From a virus (taxonomy: Duplodnaviria > Caudoviricetes), in IMG/VR virus record IMGVR_UViG_3300035670_000716, positions 1 to 35,884 of that record: a DNA stretch of 35,884 bases; one strand, given 5' to 3'. A program made the position numbers and the translations under genes. Numbering within the stretch: position 1 is the stretch's first letter; the number at the start of each line of letters is the position of its first letter. Positions 33,867 to 35,884 of the stretch are shown here, piece by piece. The notes under the pieces were generated by a model. It was not told where the DNA came from. It saw only the letters and a list, made by a program, of their open reading frames with translations, and did not search any database.

Positions 33867-34509
33867 GCGGGCACTCCTGGCCGGTTGCCTCTTCGATCAG
33901 TCGCCTGACGGCCTCAGCGTTGTTCTCGACACCGTATTCCTCGCGCAGCTCTGAGAGGCGATCAACCATCCAGCGGAATCGCTCCAGCGAGTAATCCAGC
34001 ATGATCGAGCGGGTCGCCGCGTTCTGATAGCGGTCATAACGATCGCCGGCAGTATCCTGGCTACCGACATTGGCATCGGGATTCGGCAGCGGAGCGGACT
34101 CCTGCAGGTCAGCGATGATGTCGTCAAGGTCTTCCAGCGAGTATCCGGTTCCGCTGATTGCATCGCCTGTCTCGGCAAGCTCACGCAGGATCTCGGCCAG
34201 GCCCTCGGTGTCATAGGACGCGAGATCGTTGGTGCGGTTGTCAGCGAGAAGGATGCGAAGTGCAGTCTCGTCGTCGCAGTCCACTTCGATTGCTGGAACC
34301 TTGTCCGCCCCGGCTTGGAGCGCCGCCATGAGGCGATGATTTCCACCGATGACATGCCCGGTGGACTTCTGGAAGATGATCGCCCCGTAGAAGCCGTTGG
34401 ACTCTATGGACTCATGGATAGCGCCCACATCGCCCTGACGAGGATTAGACGGGTGCGGCTTCAGCTTGCCGATCGGTGTGAGTGCGTACTTCTGCTGGTT
34501 GACCTTCAT
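33859..34509 (-). CDS. ParB/Srx-like N-terminal domain protein
   Basis: LKPHP.NPR.GD...I.ESI...GF, GNHRL.AA, LADNR. Confidence 0.88.
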   Translation of the reverse strand: MKVNQQKYALTPIGKLKPHPSNPRQGDVGAIHESIESNGFYGAIIFQKSTGHVIGGNHRLMAALQAGADKVPAIEVDCDDETALRILLADNRTNDLASYDTEGLAEILRELAETGDAISGTGYSLEDLDDIIADLQESAPLPNPDANVGSQDTAGDRYDRYQNAATRSIMLDYSLERFRWMVDRLSELREEYGVENNAEAVRRLIEEATGQECPRD

Positions 34510-34517
34510 GGTGCCCC

Positions 34518-35009
34518 TTACCAGGTGATTTCGTCCTCCGACCGCCGGGTGATCGGCACCTGATCCACTTCATGCCATTCGAGCCGGTGGCGGACTTCCT
34601 GCGCCGTGCGAGTGAATACCTGCACAAGATTACATCCATCGCAGTATATGAAGCGGTCCTGAGCCAAGAGCTTGACAGGCCCCTGGCACTTGCTGCAGTA
34701 CCTTCCTGCGACTTCTGGAAGTCCTGACGGTCCATCGTCCCGAGACTTGGTCGCTATGAGCCTCTGACTTGATGCGTGGAGTATGCAACCCATCACCTCG
34801 TGCGGACCCGGCGGCCAGCCAGACGTAGGCGACTTCTCAATCACAGAGTCGAACCCATCTGCGATATCAGCCTCGCTGATCCTGCGCTCCTGACGGATGA
34901 TCGCCTGGCGAATCTCGTCCATCACTTCAGGCTTCTTCTTCAGCGTCGGCCAGAGATTCTGCAGACGTTCAAGCTGCTGATCTATGGCCTGTGTGAGCGT
35001 GCTCGTCAA
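34518..35009 (-). CDS. Replication-associated protein (helicase-loader-like helical domain plus Zn ribbon)
   Basis: Follows rep/ori; WPP.P.EV motif, CSKC...CDGC; AGGAG RBS before a TTG start. Confidence 0.5.
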   Translation of the reverse strand: MTSTLTQAIDQQLERLQNLWPTLKKKPEVMDEIRQAIIRQERRISEADIADGFDSVIEKSPTSGWPPGPHEVMGCILHASSQRLIATKSRDDGPSGLPEVAGRYCSKCQGPVKLLAQDRFIYCDGCNLVQVFTRTAQEVRHRLEWHEVDQVPITRRSEDEITW

Positions 35010-35019
35010 TGCCTGCTCC

Positions 35020-35136
35020 TAAAGACGGTAAGTAGTCTTAGTTCGTAAACCCCACACACTTCTTTCTCTTCCTCTACCTCTACCTCTGTTGGCGACGTTC
35101 GCGCAACGCTCGCACGACGTTCGCGCGACGCTAAGG
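35020..35136. other. Putative replication origin
   Basis: Four 11-bp tandem units at 35093..35136 (CGACGTTCGCG, CAACGCTCGCA, CGACGTTCGCG, CGACGCTAAGG) next to a pyrimidine/purine-skewed tract and an AT-rich segment, just downstream of rep. Confidence 0.6.
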
Positions 35137-35454
35137 CGACTGACGCCGATCACGTCGCGCTCTCGCGTCGGCACGCTTCTTCTCCATCTGCGCTCTTGTC
35201 GCTTGCTTCCGGGTGAAGCCGTCAATGACAAGATCATCACCATTCGCGACGATCAGACCGGCGCGGATCATCGCTTCTGCTTCCTTGACCGTGACTCCGC
35301 ATAGCGCAAGAGCTGGCCTCGGGATCACGCCATCAGTCTCGTATTCCTGTGCGTAGAGAATGAGCGACAGATAACCCAACTGCTCGGGCTTCGTGAGTCT
35401 GCAGACCTGTGGGTGACGAAGGAATCCTACGTCTATCTTGGCCCAATCAGCCAT
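35131..35454 (-). CDS. Replication initiator, N-terminal domain
   Basis: WAKID.GF..HP.V..L...Y.....TDG.IP winged-helix pattern followed by an Arg-rich helix. Confidence 0.7.
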   Translation of the reverse strand: MADWAKIDVGFLRHPQVCRLTKPEQLGYLSLILYAQEYETDGVIPRPALALCGVTVKEAEAMIRAGLIVANGDDLVIDGFTRKQATRAQMEKKRADARARRDRRQSP

Positions 35455-35824
35455 TGTCGGCTTCTGAGATTGTCTCGGCGATGCTGTCGAGGATCAGCAG
35501 CAACTGAACCGCGACTGCGATGCCATGCTGCACTTGGAGTCTGATCTGCGCATCAGCCAGGTGCTCGGCTTGCACCAGATATGCAGGAATATCCAGAACT
35601 TCCTGCCGCGCCTCAACCAGCGCATCCCATACCGGGCGATCCTCGAACGCCTGCCTATTGAGATCAACTTCGTACTGCCGGCGTCCTATCCCGAGACAAC
35701 GCTTGTGCGAACCGTCAGCGAGATCCTTGTAGGCCCATAGGACTCTTAAATCCTCTTCACCGCTATCAGCTCGCGCACCCATGATGGTCTTCTTGACCAT
35801 CTCCGCATACTCTTCACTCGTCAT
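35447..35824 (-). CDS. Hypothetical all-alpha protein (weakly MazG/NTP-pyrophosphatase-like)
   Basis: G..QY...FE...EARQEVLD..AY acidic helix. Confidence 0.5.
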   Translation of the reverse strand: MTSEEYAEMVKKTIMGARADSGEEDLRVLWAYKDLADGSHKRCLGIGRRQYEVDLNRQAFEDRPVWDALVEARQEVLDIPAYLVQAEHLADAQIRLQVQHGIAVAVQLLLILDSIAETISEADNG

Positions 35825-35884
35825 TCCTGCCCCGTTTCATCAGCGTTGCGGCGACCTGGCCCATATCGCTCGGTCGCCATAGGT
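35814..35884 (-). CDS. VRR-NUC nuclease, 3' end (wraps from 1..278)
   Basis: Reads LWRPSDMGQVAATLMKRGRNDE*. Confidence 0.8.
   Translation of the reverse strand, partial: LWRPSDMGQVAATLMKRGRNDE
35830..35884. repeat. Terminal direct repeat, right copy
   Basis: Matches 1..55 with one mismatch. Confidence 0.95.

Noticed and set aside
33859-34509. ParB as a plasmid-prophage partition system
   Set aside because: No ParA, no parS-like array seen and no evident HTH; the context is DNA modification and packaging
35093-35136. Tandem repeats as a CRISPR array or mini-array
   Set aside because: 11-bp units with no spacers, better explained as iterons; the Cas4-like gene is a common stand-alone phage nuclease
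1-35884. tRNA genes, integrase/attP, diversity-generating retroelement or alternative genetic code
   Set aside because: No cloverleaf, recombinase, reverse transcriptase or TR/VR repeat pair seen; TAG, TGA and TAA all end genes normally

Overview
The window is an apparently complete, circularised genome of a GC-rich tailed phage, about 35,829 bp plus a 55-bp terminal overlap. It is siphovirus-like, and the host is probably an actinobacterium (inferred from an Rpf-like gene and actinophage-type proteins). Nearly all genes are on the minus strand and tightly coupled. In transcription order: replication initiator with an iteron origin; ParB-like, TET/JBP dioxygenase, FkbM methyltransferase, terS, ssb, terL; portal, HNH, and a MuF protein with a C-terminal zincin domain plus a small partner; a five-gene plus-strand cassette; scaffold, capsid, two paralogous decoration-like proteins, and a GT4/GT2/NDP-sugar epimerase cassette behind a structured leader; head-tail genes, two tail-tube paralogues, tail chaperones with a probable +1 frameshift, tape measure and tail tip; lysis genes; then a metallophosphoesterase, Sak/Rad52, a Cas4-like nuclease, a secreted Rpf-like protein, a C5-cytosine methyltransferase with an overprinted gene, and VRR-NUC. 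I saw no integrase, DNA polymerase, tRNA or CRISPR array. The best candidate for a new system is a C5-MTase + TET + FkbM base-hypermodification pathway coupled to the packaging genes. All calls come from reading motifs by eye, without database searches.
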